The position numbers were made by a program, and so were the translations under genes. Below are positions 12,402 through 24,944 of a DNA stretch of 64,000 nucleotides, piece after piece. Location: positions 3,286,001 through 3,350,000 of the forward strand of contig CM039003.1 in assembly GCA_017499595.2 (NCBI GenBank), in the 5' to 3' direction. Within the stretch, counting starts at the first letter, position 1; each line of letters opens with the position of its first letter. Source of the stretch: Psilocybe cubensis. Lineage: Eukaryota. The notes under the pieces were generated by a model. That model did not search any database and was not told the DNA's origin. It saw nothing but the letters and a program-made list of their open reading frames with translations.

Positions 12402-14872
12402 TCAGCTCGCCGCATCCCTCTTCCTTTCAAGCCACGCCTTCTTCTCCCCGACTTCCTTCCCACCGCTAAGTTCATCCAACATCCCAACTAATCGCTCTAG
12501 CACCCGACCCTGTACGTCCACCGCCGCTGCGAGCTCCTCAATCTGTCTACTTAACTCCGTCTGATTCTGTGCGAGCTTAAGATTCGACAGGTCCCTCCCT
12601 CTAGAGCGCATCGTGCCTTCAGGACCAGAGGCGCTGCCAAGCCCAGAGACACCAGAACCCAGTGCAAAAGCAGGTGTGCGTGGTGGATACGGTGTGTGTC
12701 CCGCATATGATGGGTATGCTGCGTACGAGGGATACTGCCGCGGCTGCTGTTGGCCCAGCCGCCGTGTAGAGAATTCGGGGGAGTAAAGGGAGTGATTGTC
12801 ATGCGCGTACATTTCCCTCCGTCGTGCTTCTGCATCAGCACCCTCCCCGTCTGCATCTCCCTCTGTACCCCCATTCCCGTTTCGCTCAGCGCCACCAAAA
12901 GCGCCGCCAACGCCTCTCCCTACTGTCATCTTCTCCCACACAAGACTGAACTCGCGGCCCAGGACGAATGAAGGGAGTGTGATGAGCAACAGACCGCAAA
13001 CGAGGATAGGGAGGGTGATAAGGCGCCCAAGGAAAGAGCGCGGTGTAATTTCGCCGTAGCCTACAGTGGTTATTGCTGTAGATAACAAGACGTCAGTAAC
13101 TTGCATACTAATGGGATCAAGATGAGGAAAAAAGGAAAGGAAAAGATGAACAAATGAACTTTTAATGAAACGGTGTAGGAAGGTGAGGACGAATAAAAGG
13201 GTGAAGAAGCATCCAAGGGAGGGAGGTACCGGGATCGGATGGGATGTATACCATCTTCGGGAAAAGAAAGAAAATTGGGAACGAGAGCAATCATGCTGGT
13301 GCTGCCGTCACAGACCAGACATAGACAGGTCACATATCAACTTTGTTGCACGAAAATACTGCACAGGGAAATAAATCCTATAAAAGAAAATATGTCCCTG
13401 TGTAACCTGTTGTAAGCCCGCCATGCAGCCCAACATATATAGGCATGAGTATATTTGGTATGCGACAAGCATACAGACGTGTAGGCGAGAGCAGCACAAG
13501 AGGTGTTCCTCATTGTGAAAGAGGGAGCTATAAGAAAGAGGATGAGGTAAATCGATACTCACTGACTAACACAAACCATGCCGCTGCTGGAATCGACTGT
13601 GGGATACATGGACAGATACATGGCTTTAGTCTCAAAGAACCTGACAATAGAAAAGGAGGAAAGTTAGGACGCACCGAAAATTGTGTTGGGTCACCGTCGG
13701 CGTTTATGAATGTTCCAAGAAGTTCGTCCCATGTCCCGCGCTCGGCAAAGTATCTGTGACGCGTGGAGTCGAGGTGGGTGTTGAATAGAAAGGTTAAGGT
13801 TGCGGGATGTGTAGAAGATGAATTCGGCGAGAAGTTAGTACCCAGAAGAAGAGCGAAAAGGAATAATGAATACGACGGGCCAAGCCCCAAATCAAAAATA
13901 AATGAAAAGAGACGTACAATAAAGTGCTGAACACCGTCAAGATCATAAATACAAAGAACCCAATCGCCAGAAGCGCGTGTTGCGACCGCCGTACGGAGAG
14001 ATACATGACCTCCATCGTTCTGCCGCCCAATTAACATTTGACACCAAAAATCGTTGGGGAGGGCACGTACAGTAGGATTGTGTGATTGTATCGGAATGGT
14101 CGGAAGACGCGTAGGAGGCGGAACATGCGTAGTATGGAGAAGCGGAAAAATACGGACTGGGTAATGTTAGATGCTCGACACGCTGGAACTTGGATTTCAA
14201 AGCTTACTGTATCTTGCTGAAGTAGCAATTCCAGATAGTACGGCAGCACCGACAAGAGGTCAATCACCCCAAAGAATGCTTCAATTCGACATCGATATTC
14301 AAATCCTTCGTCAACCCGCAGAAGTCATAGTGCAACTCACAAAACTGCCAATGGAACAGGCTTTGCCACGAATAACTCCATGCCAAACACCTCGCGACAT
14401 ACTCAACCGTAAACAGCGCAACGATGCTCGTTTCGACACCAAACCACACCCTTGTTGAAATTGAATGCACGGCGGGTACCGTCTCTAGCACGGTGATGCT
14501 TGCGGAGAAAATGATCATGAAGATCGTGAACATGTGTACCACAAATGCAGCCCGCGAGGATGTCGGCTGCTCAAGCAGTTCGAAGAGTGCTCGTTTCCAG
14601 AGCGGTCGAATATGGTTGCTTGCAGAGTGGGCGTCGTCGTATGAATGGCTCGTAGGAAGGTGGTCCTGGCTTCCATGGGGTCCGTTGCCGGCATTGTAAT
14701 TATTGTCATTGCTGTTGTGGATATTGTGTGGGTGAGCAGATGCAGAAGCAGACGGCGGGGGTGAAAAGTTCTCCTCCGTAAAAAATCGTACTGCTGAGAG
14801 AGGCGGAGGCCGCCTTATCCTGTTGAGCTCGATGTGTGGGTCCGTCGTCGGCGACGTCGCGGTGGTGGTCAT
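12402..14872 (-). CDS. Voltage-gated potassium channel (Kv-like, 6TM), multi-exon
   Basis: S1-S3 segments (LETVP, LFTVEYVAR, IDLLSVLPYY), S4 LRMFRLLRVFRPFRY, pore SIPAAAWF..TTVGYGEITP, and a C-terminal coiled-coil-like tail. The start codon is approximate. Confidence 0.9.
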
Positions 14873-15809
14873 CGAGCAAAGCAGCGTTGCCGTCAAATCC
14901 ACTTTCTGTCAGCATGCTGAGCATTCTCGGCACGTGGCAACATTTTCTCACGGCCCTTTTTCGCGATTGGTCGACCGACTTAGAGGTTACCCGGAGTATT
15001 CTCTTGTTGAGCAGTTGAGCTCTGCGTGGGTTTCGCTCCACTCTAACCTGTCAAGTGCAAAAATATTGCCAAGGGAAATCAAGGCACTTCTGGAGGCTCA
15101 AGCCTCTAAACGCAATGCAACACGAACCGCCTGGTGATATTCAAAAAGTTCTTCTGAGCTCGTGTCACTTTTCATGGGCATTTTGCTTCTCAAAGATCAC
15201 CCAGGTTGATATGCATTTAAGACATTTTATTTGGAATTGAATCGTAGACCAAGAATAACATCCTTTGCACCCAAGATGATGCCGGTTCCCGGCAGCACTC
15301 TAAGCATTAGTAAGCAATTAAAGGAACAGAAATGGCAAGACCGACTCCGACTGTCACTGTCAGACGGCCAATCACACCGTGTTCGAACTCGAGCTTTATA
15401 CAAGGATCTCCCATTTACAAGAGGAATTTGATATGATGTGAACGCCTTGCTCCCCAACAAGACTCCATCCATCGGGGCTTATATACACATATCTAAATGT
15501 GTTAAACATCTTTTATTACAGAACTTATGTCCTCTTCTTAGGTTCAATTGTCAGCCTCTATTCATTGAAATCTTACTCCCTTACAACAGTTGAAGGTGCA
15601 TGGAAAGCAGATGTGTGAGTATGGTACCTACTCTCAGAAAAGCGCCAATCGCGACTGAATAATTGGATGTATTTTACAGTGCTCCCTAGATCAACGCATG
15701 CAAACATAAAAAGTGCATTTAGAATTTCGGCTACTCAAATCTAACTTAACTGCCCTTCAAGGACATCTGTGTTCCAAACAGATATAGTGATTTCCACCAT
15801 CTATATGCC

Positions 15810-17075
15810 TTACCGCTTTTCGGATCCAGAGTCTGACATGCTCAGATTCCCAGCGAGTTTATGACTGTGGCTTCCTGTCTGTTCCAAAGTCGTGCATATA
15901 CTTCTACAGGATCCAAATTGCAGGCCTGATACATACACCTCCCGTGTTGTCGCTGATAGGGTAGTGCTGCTCGTATTGGTAACAGCGAGCCTCGCAACTA
16001 AAACCGTCGGCGCCATACCCTACAATGCCCATCAATACGTTTGTGAATACATAACCAATAACAGATCCACACACCGATACAACCACCAGAACCGTTTCCA
16101 CATATCCGTTCACTACAATCTTCCCATATCCTGCTGCCGCTGTATTCGGACCGGGGAGGTGTGGCACAATTGACCAGACAAGTAGCACGACCGCGTATGC
16201 CGCGGCCGATTCGACGATCATCGCTAGGATGCGGTGAAATAACCTCTGGGATGGCAACGAGCCATAAGCATCCTTTGAACTCGAGGCAGTGATGATACGG
16301 TATGCGATTAGACACGTCGTGCAGAGGGTAGTCGCGAGCAGCGTGAACGCAAGTGCGTTGGCAATGGGGTCCGTTCCGAGACAGATGAATGCAATGTACA
16401 GAGCTGGGGGGTGAGATTAATTATCAGGACTTGAAGGCAATGACGTGACCATACAGCACTCTGCAATAAATAGCGTTAAAGGTACTGCCAGCCATCTGAT
16501 CGATCGACCACAGACGTGATAGCATCGCCACACCTAAAGGCATATCCCCAGTCAGAATAAACCAGCATCCAAACACCAGCGCAACTTACCAAAAGCCCGT
16601 CAGATATGATAAAGGACGCATACAAAAGCACTGCGCCCATGAGCACTACATACCAGTGCGGAGGCGTCAACTCTGTCTCGAGGATATCATCGCGCGTCTT
16701 CCCACCATTGACGAACACCATGTTGGAGGTGTACCAGTGCAGTGCATATTCCACGAGACAGATGATATACAGTGCTGATACGAAGGAGAGAACAATGCTG
16801 CGATTTGTGTTGGATGGCTTTTTGGATACTTTGCGCGTGTCAGAGTGTTATATTATCAGATTCTGGGATCGGAATTCACTGTATAGATACAACGTTCCAA
16901 AATACACAACGGTATACAACCCTACAACATCGTCTTCAGTGATCATGGTAGAATAATCAAGGCTAAGCCACAAACCCATAAGCAAATCAAATAGCATTCT
17001 AGAGTTTAGATACGCATTTAAAAGCGTGGTTTCGATGTGAGTAATCTGAGAGTCGGTTAGCGAAGACATGTTCAA
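15810..17075 (-). CDS. Multi-pass membrane protein of unknown function (Agaricomycete type), multi-exon
   Basis: Hydrophobic exons with GLYTVVYFGTLYLY, ISDGLL/WRCY, TCLIAYRI, IVESAAAY and GMAPTVLVARLA. Confidence 0.7.
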
Positions 17076-17776
17076 GAAAAAATCTGTTCATCCGGTTTGT
17101 CGCTATTATATACCGCTTAACAGTGAGATACTGCGGTATACACAGTAATTCTATCACACCATATGTGAACGGCAGAATTCTCTTTCCCGCAGTCGACAGA
17201 TGGTTGCATCCTTCTGCATATTCGATTGGTTACCTATGTCTGTAGGTTGCCCGGAGATTCTAAATTCTAGCCGACCAGGATAGGAATGACAGCCACTGTT
17301 CAGGATATATGTTGGCGGGTAATGGGTAACGGTGAAGCCCAGACGATGTTGGAAGAAGGATAGTTCGAAATTACACATTGAGAAACCTCAGATTAACAGT
17401 CGCGACTCGCCTAGGATTCAGAGTGAGACCAACCTCCAGTGCACCAAACCTATATCTCACATGTTTACTCGAGGTAGGAAAACTAATTAAAAAGATGTTC
17501 AATCATTGTTAAAATAATTTACATTCGAATCGATCAACTTCCAGCTTCAGCGTTGCCTGGCGCCGGCCTGATGGTAATCAGATGGGTTGCGTGCGTGGTA
17601 ATAGACGTGGTCGTGGTCATGGTAAATTGTACCTAGTTTCCAGAACCACAATTCACTCAGATAAAGCTGAAAAACGGTCCTCCATGGGTCTATGGAGTGA
17701 TTTCTGTTATGAAAAGCTTAAAGAGAAGAAAAGAGAACTGACACATCAAATCTGACAACGGACCATCGGACCAAGA

Positions 17777-18122
17777 CACGCCGGACAAAAATGCTGACCA
17801 GTTAGCCTGGGTGTTGTCCTGACCAGTGACGTGACTAGTACCGTGACCAATTACATAGTGTCACACATATACTGTCACGCTAATTCATTATTAGTAAGCT
17901 CGACAGTAAATGGCAAATTATTTGATTGTCTTGCGTTTTAATTCAGTGCGGAGTAAGAAGAAATGTTAAACAATCAAGTAATATGTTATTTACTGTTGAG
18001 CCTGCTAATGATGAATTAGCGTGACAACATATGTGTGACACTATGAAATTGGTCACGGTACTAGTCACGTCACTGGTCAGGACAACACCCAGGCTAACTG
18101 GTCAGCATTTTTGTCCGGCGTG
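17777..18122. mobile_element. 346-bp palindromic MITE, CACTA-like
   Basis: TIR CACGCCGGACAAAAATGCTGACCAG..., inverted arms of about 155 bp, and 3-bp TSD AGA (17774-76 and 18123-25). Confidence 0.9.
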
Positions 18123-18492
18123 AGAGTCGGCACAACAAGCGTGAGAAGATAAATCGGCATTATCCGGCAGCCCTTATGTAAGTCGAACGAGTCAAGGCAA
18201 CTCTCGTCGTTATAATCAATCAAGAACCATAAGTATTTTTATGAAATTTTAATTCACAGAGCTGTTATAAAACGAGAGGAAATAATCGTGAGTTAAAGAG
18301 GGCTACATATGTACCACTCAACGCATTTAAGTAGTAGTACAAGTCACATTCGGTACAGACATTTTTTTTAATACTTTTTCTCAGAAAGTTGGACTATACA
18401 GATAATATAAGTTAGCAGTTAGAACCATCTAAATAGGATGGAAAGGCCATCATACTGTTTTCAATTGCCTTTCCCTATTGGTCCAAGCCACT

Positions 18493-18752
18493 TTAAATAC
18501 AGGCAGCGGTACACTCTTCGAAGGCGGTGGTGCATGCCGTAATAGCTGCGACGCGGTTTGAGTCAGTAGGCGCAGCAGCTGTACAGGTGGTGAGTGTGCT
18601 AGTGCATGCTGTAAATTTCAAAAGATTAACATATTCCCTCTTGTTAAAATCAAGCTCGGACCTGCGGTGCAAGTGGTCAAGTCGGCTACGGAAAATGGTA
18701 TCATGCAGATGCATAATGCCAAGGTGAGGATGGAAGTTGCGACGTTCTTCAT
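18493..18752 (-). CDS. Small secreted 6-Cys peptide SSP-b
   Basis: Intron 18609-18661. Product MKNVATSILTLALCICMIPFSVADLTTCTAACTSTLTTCTAAAPTDSNRVAAITACTTAFEECTAACI*. Confidence 0.85.
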
Positions 18753-19720
18753 TGTGATATGCTTGGTTGGATGTTTAAATATTTGCTACGAGCTTTGAAC
18801 TGATGAGGACTTCTCTGGAGTTCTCGTCTTTTATGCAGTTTCAAAAATTATATTTTCATTCCTGTATAATTTATTTCTCCTACACCATCCCTCGTGCTCC
18901 GTTCCTAGAATATTTGGATACTGCGGTGCTCCCAGTGTCGCATTGATTCGTTACCAAAATACTCATAGAGTCGCCGTTAGTACTCCACAAAGCGTCATTG
19001 TTCTTGTATTCCTCCTGAGGGGACTATCTTGACTCGCACGTACTTATGGCGATCTTCTTCCTTGTCCCACAGCCGATGTTACCACGTCTCGCTTCGTTCC
19101 CAAGTCAGTAGAAAAGCGCTGTTATGAAATTGGCGCCGAAATATAGTTGGTATGGTGCAACCTCAGGAAGGGGAAACTCAATGATGAGATGCAACACGGA
19201 TACCCTATAATCTCAAATGATATAACCACAAATTTATACACAGTAGTAATATGCTACACATATAGGGAATAGGCACTCTCATGTACAGTTCACGTTGCCG
19301 CCGGCTGACATTTTCCAAGAAGAAGTTTAACCTGATAGCTAAAATACTCTCAACCATTTATAGCTATCTCCACCATGTTTGGAATGTTTTAAGAACACTT
19401 CAGTTCCGATACCACTTTGCAAATCATGTTTCCCACCATTCTGGATCAACCCTAAGTTCTTGTTGACGTCATGACCGCCTTCGCGGGAACAAGTGAGGTT
19501 TCCTATTGGTGGACTTCTACTGGAATACACTGAAAGAGTCAATCCGTTGGAGTAGCGAACGGAATCTTGTTAATAAACACCGACATTGATATTTTATCCT
19601 AGAAAGCTCCAATGGCATAACTTACTCATCGATATGAATTTAAACTTTCTCAATCCCCAATTAACAATAAGTCTGCAACAAACTTCAATGTTTCGTATAA
19701 TGATCTCAGGGATTCATACT

Positions 19721-19798
19721 GGATGATTTGAGATAGTTGGATGAACGGATGATTTGAGATAGTTGGATGAACGGATGATTTGAGATAGTTGGCTGAGC
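19721..19798. repeat. Tandem repeat, 26 bp x3
   Basis: GGATGATTTGAGATAGTTGGATGAAC at 19721, 19747 and 19773 (the last copy is degenerate). Confidence 0.9.
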
Positions 19799-19950
19799 TT
19801 CATGTTATTCAACGATGTAATAGAAATCCAGCATATATTCCGTTGAATTATATTCAATTTGACACTATAAGTCTATCTAGGATGTGCAGCTACAAACCAT
19901 TCCTATTAGAAAACCGCTATTTGTAGTCTTTAAGCCTGCGCATACTTTTG

Positions 19951-20256
19951 CTATTCCTGCAACTCTAAGGTTCCGGAAGGGCATGGTTGGATGCATTTTG
20001 AAAAAATGCTTAAACACATCTCCACTTCGGAGAAGAGAACGATCTAGTGCACGTTTCCAATTTTCGGATGCATCCTAAGCAATATGGCATAAAACACCGT
20101 CAATGCTGCGACTATACCCCTACACGAGTGAGCCTTTCTACACTCACTCTTTGTGCAGAAGGAGTTGTTGCCACTGTCTTGGGGGGAGCTTACAGGAGCC
20201 GTATTTGCAAGGGTGCATGAAATAAGTAACAGCATAGCAACCTTCAAGAAATTCAT
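19951..20256 (-). pseudogene. SSP-c, frameshifted member of the 6-Cys peptide family
   Basis: MNFLKVAMLLLISCTLANTAPVSSPQDSGNNSFCTK|RCIRKLETCTRSFS.. then stops early. The remaining EVEMCLSIFSKCIQPC lies in another frame, with the shift near 20030. Confidence 0.72.
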
Positions 20257-20936
20257 GATTTCAAGCCTAGTTGAAGAAAAATATGAGACGTTGGGCAATA
20301 TATTTCTGGGATCATCCCTCTTTTTCTATACAGGGCTGAAACCTGACGCGTTGACGGTTCTCTCGACGTGCCACGCAGGAACGAAAGAGCACCTGATAGG
20401 AATGTTACTCAAATGCTAACTACCAGCTGTGAGACAACAGCGGGTGCTTGGTGTTAAAGCTACTAAGCTAGTGCTAGCATGAGAATGAAAAAAGTCGTCC
20501 ATTTTCTACTCGAACTGGTGCCTCCGTGATACATGACATGCTCCAGGCTTTCAAGTGGCAACAAAAAATTTGAATCCGGAGGGGACATGCTTTTAGGGGA
20601 GCTTCCCGGGTCCCGTCACACTCATACGCTTAGTTGTGATCCATACGTTGTTGGCCCACCGTCACTGCCAGCATCGCTTTGCATATACTGTCGCCCAAGG
20701 TGGGAGTCGACTCGTTTATATCATAATCTCTTTGCTGGACTGTATATTCACTTGGGTCATACTCAATATTGCAGTGCATTTGCAAGATACAATACGTCCC
20801 ATAATTGCTAAAAATATATTGTTTAAAGTCTACCCCTATAATCGTTTCTTCAGGCTGCAGCTGCAAATAATCTTATTAGAAACCCTGAATGTGATAATCC
20901 TAAGAATTACATACACTGTGGCTGTCCATGTGGACC

Positions 20937-21230
20937 TCAGAGGCCAGAAATGCATAACAGACTACATGTTCCAAATTCTGTCAAGCATCCTTGAATGTCC
21001 GCCGAGGATAGCATAGACTCAGAGCACTCCTGAAGCACTGTGATGCATCCTACCAGATACAACAGAAAACTTTTCAATCTTTTGATCATATATTGGTATG
21101 ATTGAGCCTTTCTGTACTTACCCTGTGCGCATGATACAGGGTCATCACCGTCTCTAGGTGAAAGCGATGGAGCTGCCATTATGAGGGTGCATGATAAAAG
21201 CAGCAGAATAGGGAATTTCAAAGGATTCAT
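20937..21230 (-). CDS. Small secreted 6-Cys peptide SSP-d
   Basis: Intron 21050-21121. Product MNPLKFPILLLLSCTLIMAAPSLSPRDGDDPVSCAQGCITVLQECSESMLSSADIQGCLTEFGTCSLLCISGL*. Confidence 0.85.
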   Translation of the reverse strand: MNPLKFPILLLLSCTLIMAAPSLSPRDGDDPVSCAQGKYRKAQSYQYMIKRLKSFLLYLVGCITVLQECSESMLSSADIQGCLTEFGTCSLLCISGL

Positions 21231-22046
21231 GATGTTCAGTCTATTGCCTACTCTCGATGAGAAATATGAGGTGTTGAGCGATACACCCTTGAGATTTTTC
21301 CTCGTCTTATATGCAGTCCTGAAACCTGATGTATAACGATTTATCCTAAATCCCTTTATCCCCTTTTGCCCAATCCTTCCAGAGCTATTAAGCCTCATCA
21401 GGAGAAGATTGATAAACGTACATTTTCAGACGTCCGAGCCATCTATAGGAGCTTAGGAAGGTCAACAGAGCAGTAGATGACCACTACTGCTCTATTATTG
21501 CAGTCATTAACAGTAGATATAGGCTGACGCTCCACGTATCCACACTTGAGGTTAGATTTTACACTGCTATTATTGTTAAAATGTTTGATATCGACGTTAA
21601 CGAGGAAATCACTAGACCTTTGTTGAGCAGAAGATCATATCTTTAGAAGGCCATTAGGAAGAGGACGCGGATTCCGGTCAACCTGTCCCCGGATAGCGAC
21701 CGCATTTGGAAATTATTTGATCTTCTATGACGTTTTGGAAGCTGAATGGATCATGGGCTCTTGGAACGTGCATACATGACGCAGTTCACGGTTTGTGTAG
21801 TGGATGTTTGGCTATTGAACTTACACTGTAAGACAGTCTTAAAGCTCGTAAGAAGTTGACAAAATGAAGATTATATTCCACTTTGATATATGGGTTGATA
21901 GCTAATTTCACACTCCGATATATATTAAATTGTTGATATGTATATTCAATAAAGTAGAAACAAAACAGAGAGTTTCACATTGTAGGTAGAAAAAGTTGTA
22001 ATAACGTTCTTATGCAGTAACACCCATTCGATCACTGCCATTCAGC

Positions 22047-22943
22047 CTAACACTTATAAAGCACTTTGTCGGGATGCTTCGTCCTCACATGGGACCCAAC
22101 TGCCTGCGGAGTCAGCGATTCCCTACATAGAGGACATATTCGCGAATACGTCGCCACATGCATGGCCGCGGTATGTCTTGCCAAGTTTTCCGCCATGAGG
22201 AACTTCGTATCATCTTCGCAGTTGTCCCACTCGCACTTTCCACCGTTGCCGCTCACATGGTACCTCCCAAGGTGCGACTGAAGAGCCTCGTGGGTATTTC
22301 TAAACTCGCTTTTGCAACCCGGCCATCCACACTCTATCGTTTTCTCCTTGTTTGGAACTTTAAACGTTTCATATCGAAGAATCTTCGTGTCATCTGAAGC
22401 TGTGACTGATGAGGATCCCATGGAACTACGGGGTCTGGTATATGGAGCATAAGCTTTTTGTGTCTTTTCCCGCAGTTTGGAGATGGAAGGTATCCGAGAA
22501 ATTCCTGGGGACCTGGGCGATGAAGGGGGAGAACGGATCGGCATGGTCGTTGACGAATGTCTGGCGGGCGAACGTGGTGATCTCGGCGAACCGTGCCCAA
22601 GCTCTGCGTATCTCGAACTGTGCCCTGGAATCTCTGCAAACATTCGTCCAGGTATAGGACCAGCCGGAACATTCCTGGTGCTATTTGACGATGGAGGGCG
22701 TTCAGGAAGATCCACGTTTGACATTAACCTAGATCCTGATGCAGTTGAGCTTGTTTGAGGTGTGTCCCAAATAGTTGCTGATAGTTTAGAACGTGAGGAG
22801 GAGCCTTTCCTAGGTGTTGTAGGTGGAGACATAGAATCTGGGTTGACATTGTAAGTCAAGACGTTTCCATTATGAGTTTCTGGGTTCGTTGTTGAAGAGA
22901 GAGCAGGGGAAATATGGGAAGGATAGAAGTCAGTTGGAGCCAT
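22047..22943 (-). CDS. Ser/Pro-rich protein with three C2H2-type zinc fingers (paralogue of 10161-11102)
   Basis: Intronless 298-aa ORF sharing RMFAEIPG, RIPSISKLRE, IECGW.GCKS, GGKC.WDNC.DDTKF and CPLC..SLTPQAV with its paralogue. Confidence 0.85.
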   Translation of the reverse strand: MAPTDFYPSHISPALSSTTNPETHNGNVLTYNVNPDSMSPPTTPRKGSSSRSKLSATIWDTPQTSSTASGSRLMSNVDLPERPPSSNSTRNVPAGPIPGRMFAEIPGHSSRYAELGHGSPRSPRSPARHSSTTMPIRSPPSSPRSPGISRIPSISKLREKTQKAYAPYTRPRSSMGSSSVTASDDTKILRYETFKVPNKEKTIECGWPGCKSEFRNTHEALQSHLGRYHVSGNGGKCEWDNCEDDTKFLMAENLARHTAAMHVATYSRICPLCRESLTPQAVGSHVRTKHPDKVLYKC

Positions 22944-24197
22944 GTTGAAGAGGATATAGGTAGTGTTCTGTGAGATATTGAAGCTTTCTTAGGAGACTTT
23001 CCGACGTTGGGGATGAATTAGTGCTATGAATTATTGCCATATTCATCAGAACTTATATACTTTAGTGAGCGCCGGCCACACTGCGCGTCAATCTTCGTGG
23101 CATCAATTAATGTACATCGAAGAGACACACAAGCGGCTCTGGCCCAATGCATTAATTCTGAAGGCCAGAAACTGAGTGGCTATTATGACGGGCGTCCTGC
23201 TGGCCTAACTTTCTGCTTACAATCTAATCTATTGGGTCATGGCCTGTTCGAACTGGCCTGACTTGTAAAAATTCCATAACCGAATTAGGATTCTGAGACG
23301 GTGAAGCACCTACAAATCCCCTGTGGACTTGTTTGATTTCATAAACAACTAACATCTGGCCCCAATTTGACGCCGAGAAGTTACATCAACATATCCATCG
23401 GCAATCTGTCAAGTACAAAATCCAATATTATCCTCATGTATGACACAAACGTTCAACAACATTCATTTGACGGTAGGACACATTATACAATATGTTCACC
23501 CCTCCTCCGGTCTATCAGATCAGAAAAACGACGCCCTTGCTCCTGAGAAGAATGTGATGCGACTAGATTCAACTCTCCGCAAACAGACCGATGTGTTACA
23601 GTCCTCTATGAGCTACTCACAAAAACATGCAAAGCTTGGTTGCCAGCAAATGCACTCACCCTAAAAAACATAATTGGCTTAATTAAATCACCAAATTTGA
23701 GAGTACTGAGTGTGTCTTTGTAGCTCAAATATGTAGAATAAACTCGAAAAAGCTGATAAACACTCTGTACTGTATAAAAGTAGCTAAAAAACCGATCCAA
23801 TTCAATCATGAAGCTCAAGACAATCCAAACAAAAACGCGACATCGCTTCATTGTCCACAACCCTCGTTTTCGGTTTATAATCACACTCACGTGGCTAGTT
23901 TTTGGTGTTAGAACCATTGAAGAAGGAAGTGTAGGTGCTTTGACCTTTGAAAGACCTACGACGAATATGTTCGATGACCGCTGACCAAATGGTACGACCC
24001 ACTGAATTGATTTGCACTCTTCCATCTCAAAGAAAATATGAATGAAGATTTTTCTGTTTTCAACTTTCGCAGAATTTGTTCGTGCACTCTTTTGTTCGTT
24101 TGGTCAGAGCGTTGTGAGTGAGGAGAAGTATAAATGAATCCCTGCAACGACAGAGTATCAACAACGAGTCCTCCTTTACACATCATAGTGGCATATC

Positions 24198-24944
24198 ATG
24201 AGTTCTGGAAACAATGGGTAGGTGTCTTAATATCTCGTTCTTCAATATATCAATTAACCATACCATTCAAGGGGTCTACCACCCACCGACATCCCAGATA
24301 GCTACACCCATCGCATCACCGTAGAGCAGCTACAAGGAGCATCAAACGAGGGCGGCGGTGCCCCGCCGCGCGACCCACAACTTTGTGTGCTCTCCAAAAC
24401 ATGCCCTTACAAAATGTACACCAACGCGCTTTATACATTCGCCGCGACCACTGCCGAGTTTCTGAGCCGCCGTGAGCACGCGATCCTCCAGCACCTGATC
24501 GAGCACCACGCGATATCCACAATTAAAGGCCGGCCTCCAATGATACAGTGCACGGCATGCGCAATATTCACCCCGAAGGGCGCGGGCGGGATGATCCTCG
24601 TGGAGAACATCGCGCGGCATATCAATCTCGTGCATCAACCCTCGCCGTACACGATCGGGTACTGCATTCTGCTGGAGAAGAAGTGTAAGTGCAAAATGTA
24701 CGGCTCGAAGCTGTATGTCGCGCCTGTGACGGCGCAGGAGTTCTATGTCAAGCGGGGAGAGTATATCGCAACACATTTGCAGACGATGCATGGTATACCA
24801 AGGGAGGGTGAGCCACAGACATTTCATTGCAAAATGTGTCTTAGGGACGGCAAGAATTTTGTGGTTAGGGAGGATACATTTGCGGATCATGTTAATGAGT
24901 ACCATCAGCCGCCGGTGTTCGATATATTAAAACCTCTTAAATGA
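24198..24944 (+). CDS. Protein with two tandem double-zinc-finger (C2H2-like) units
   Basis: ATG 24198 and a short intron (about 24218-24271) join in frame to CVLSKTC..HLIEHH..CTAC..HINLVH and CILLEKKC..HLQTMH..CKMC..HVNEYH. Confidence 0.72.

Noticed and set aside
19721-19798. CRISPR-like array
   Set aside because: The repeats are contiguous with no spacers, and the context is eukaryotic.
20937-21398. 153-aa ORF as annotated by the track (similarly 32865-33299 and 26165-26440)
   Set aside because: These read through introns and/or upstream UTR. Paralogue comparison fixes the shorter spliced models.
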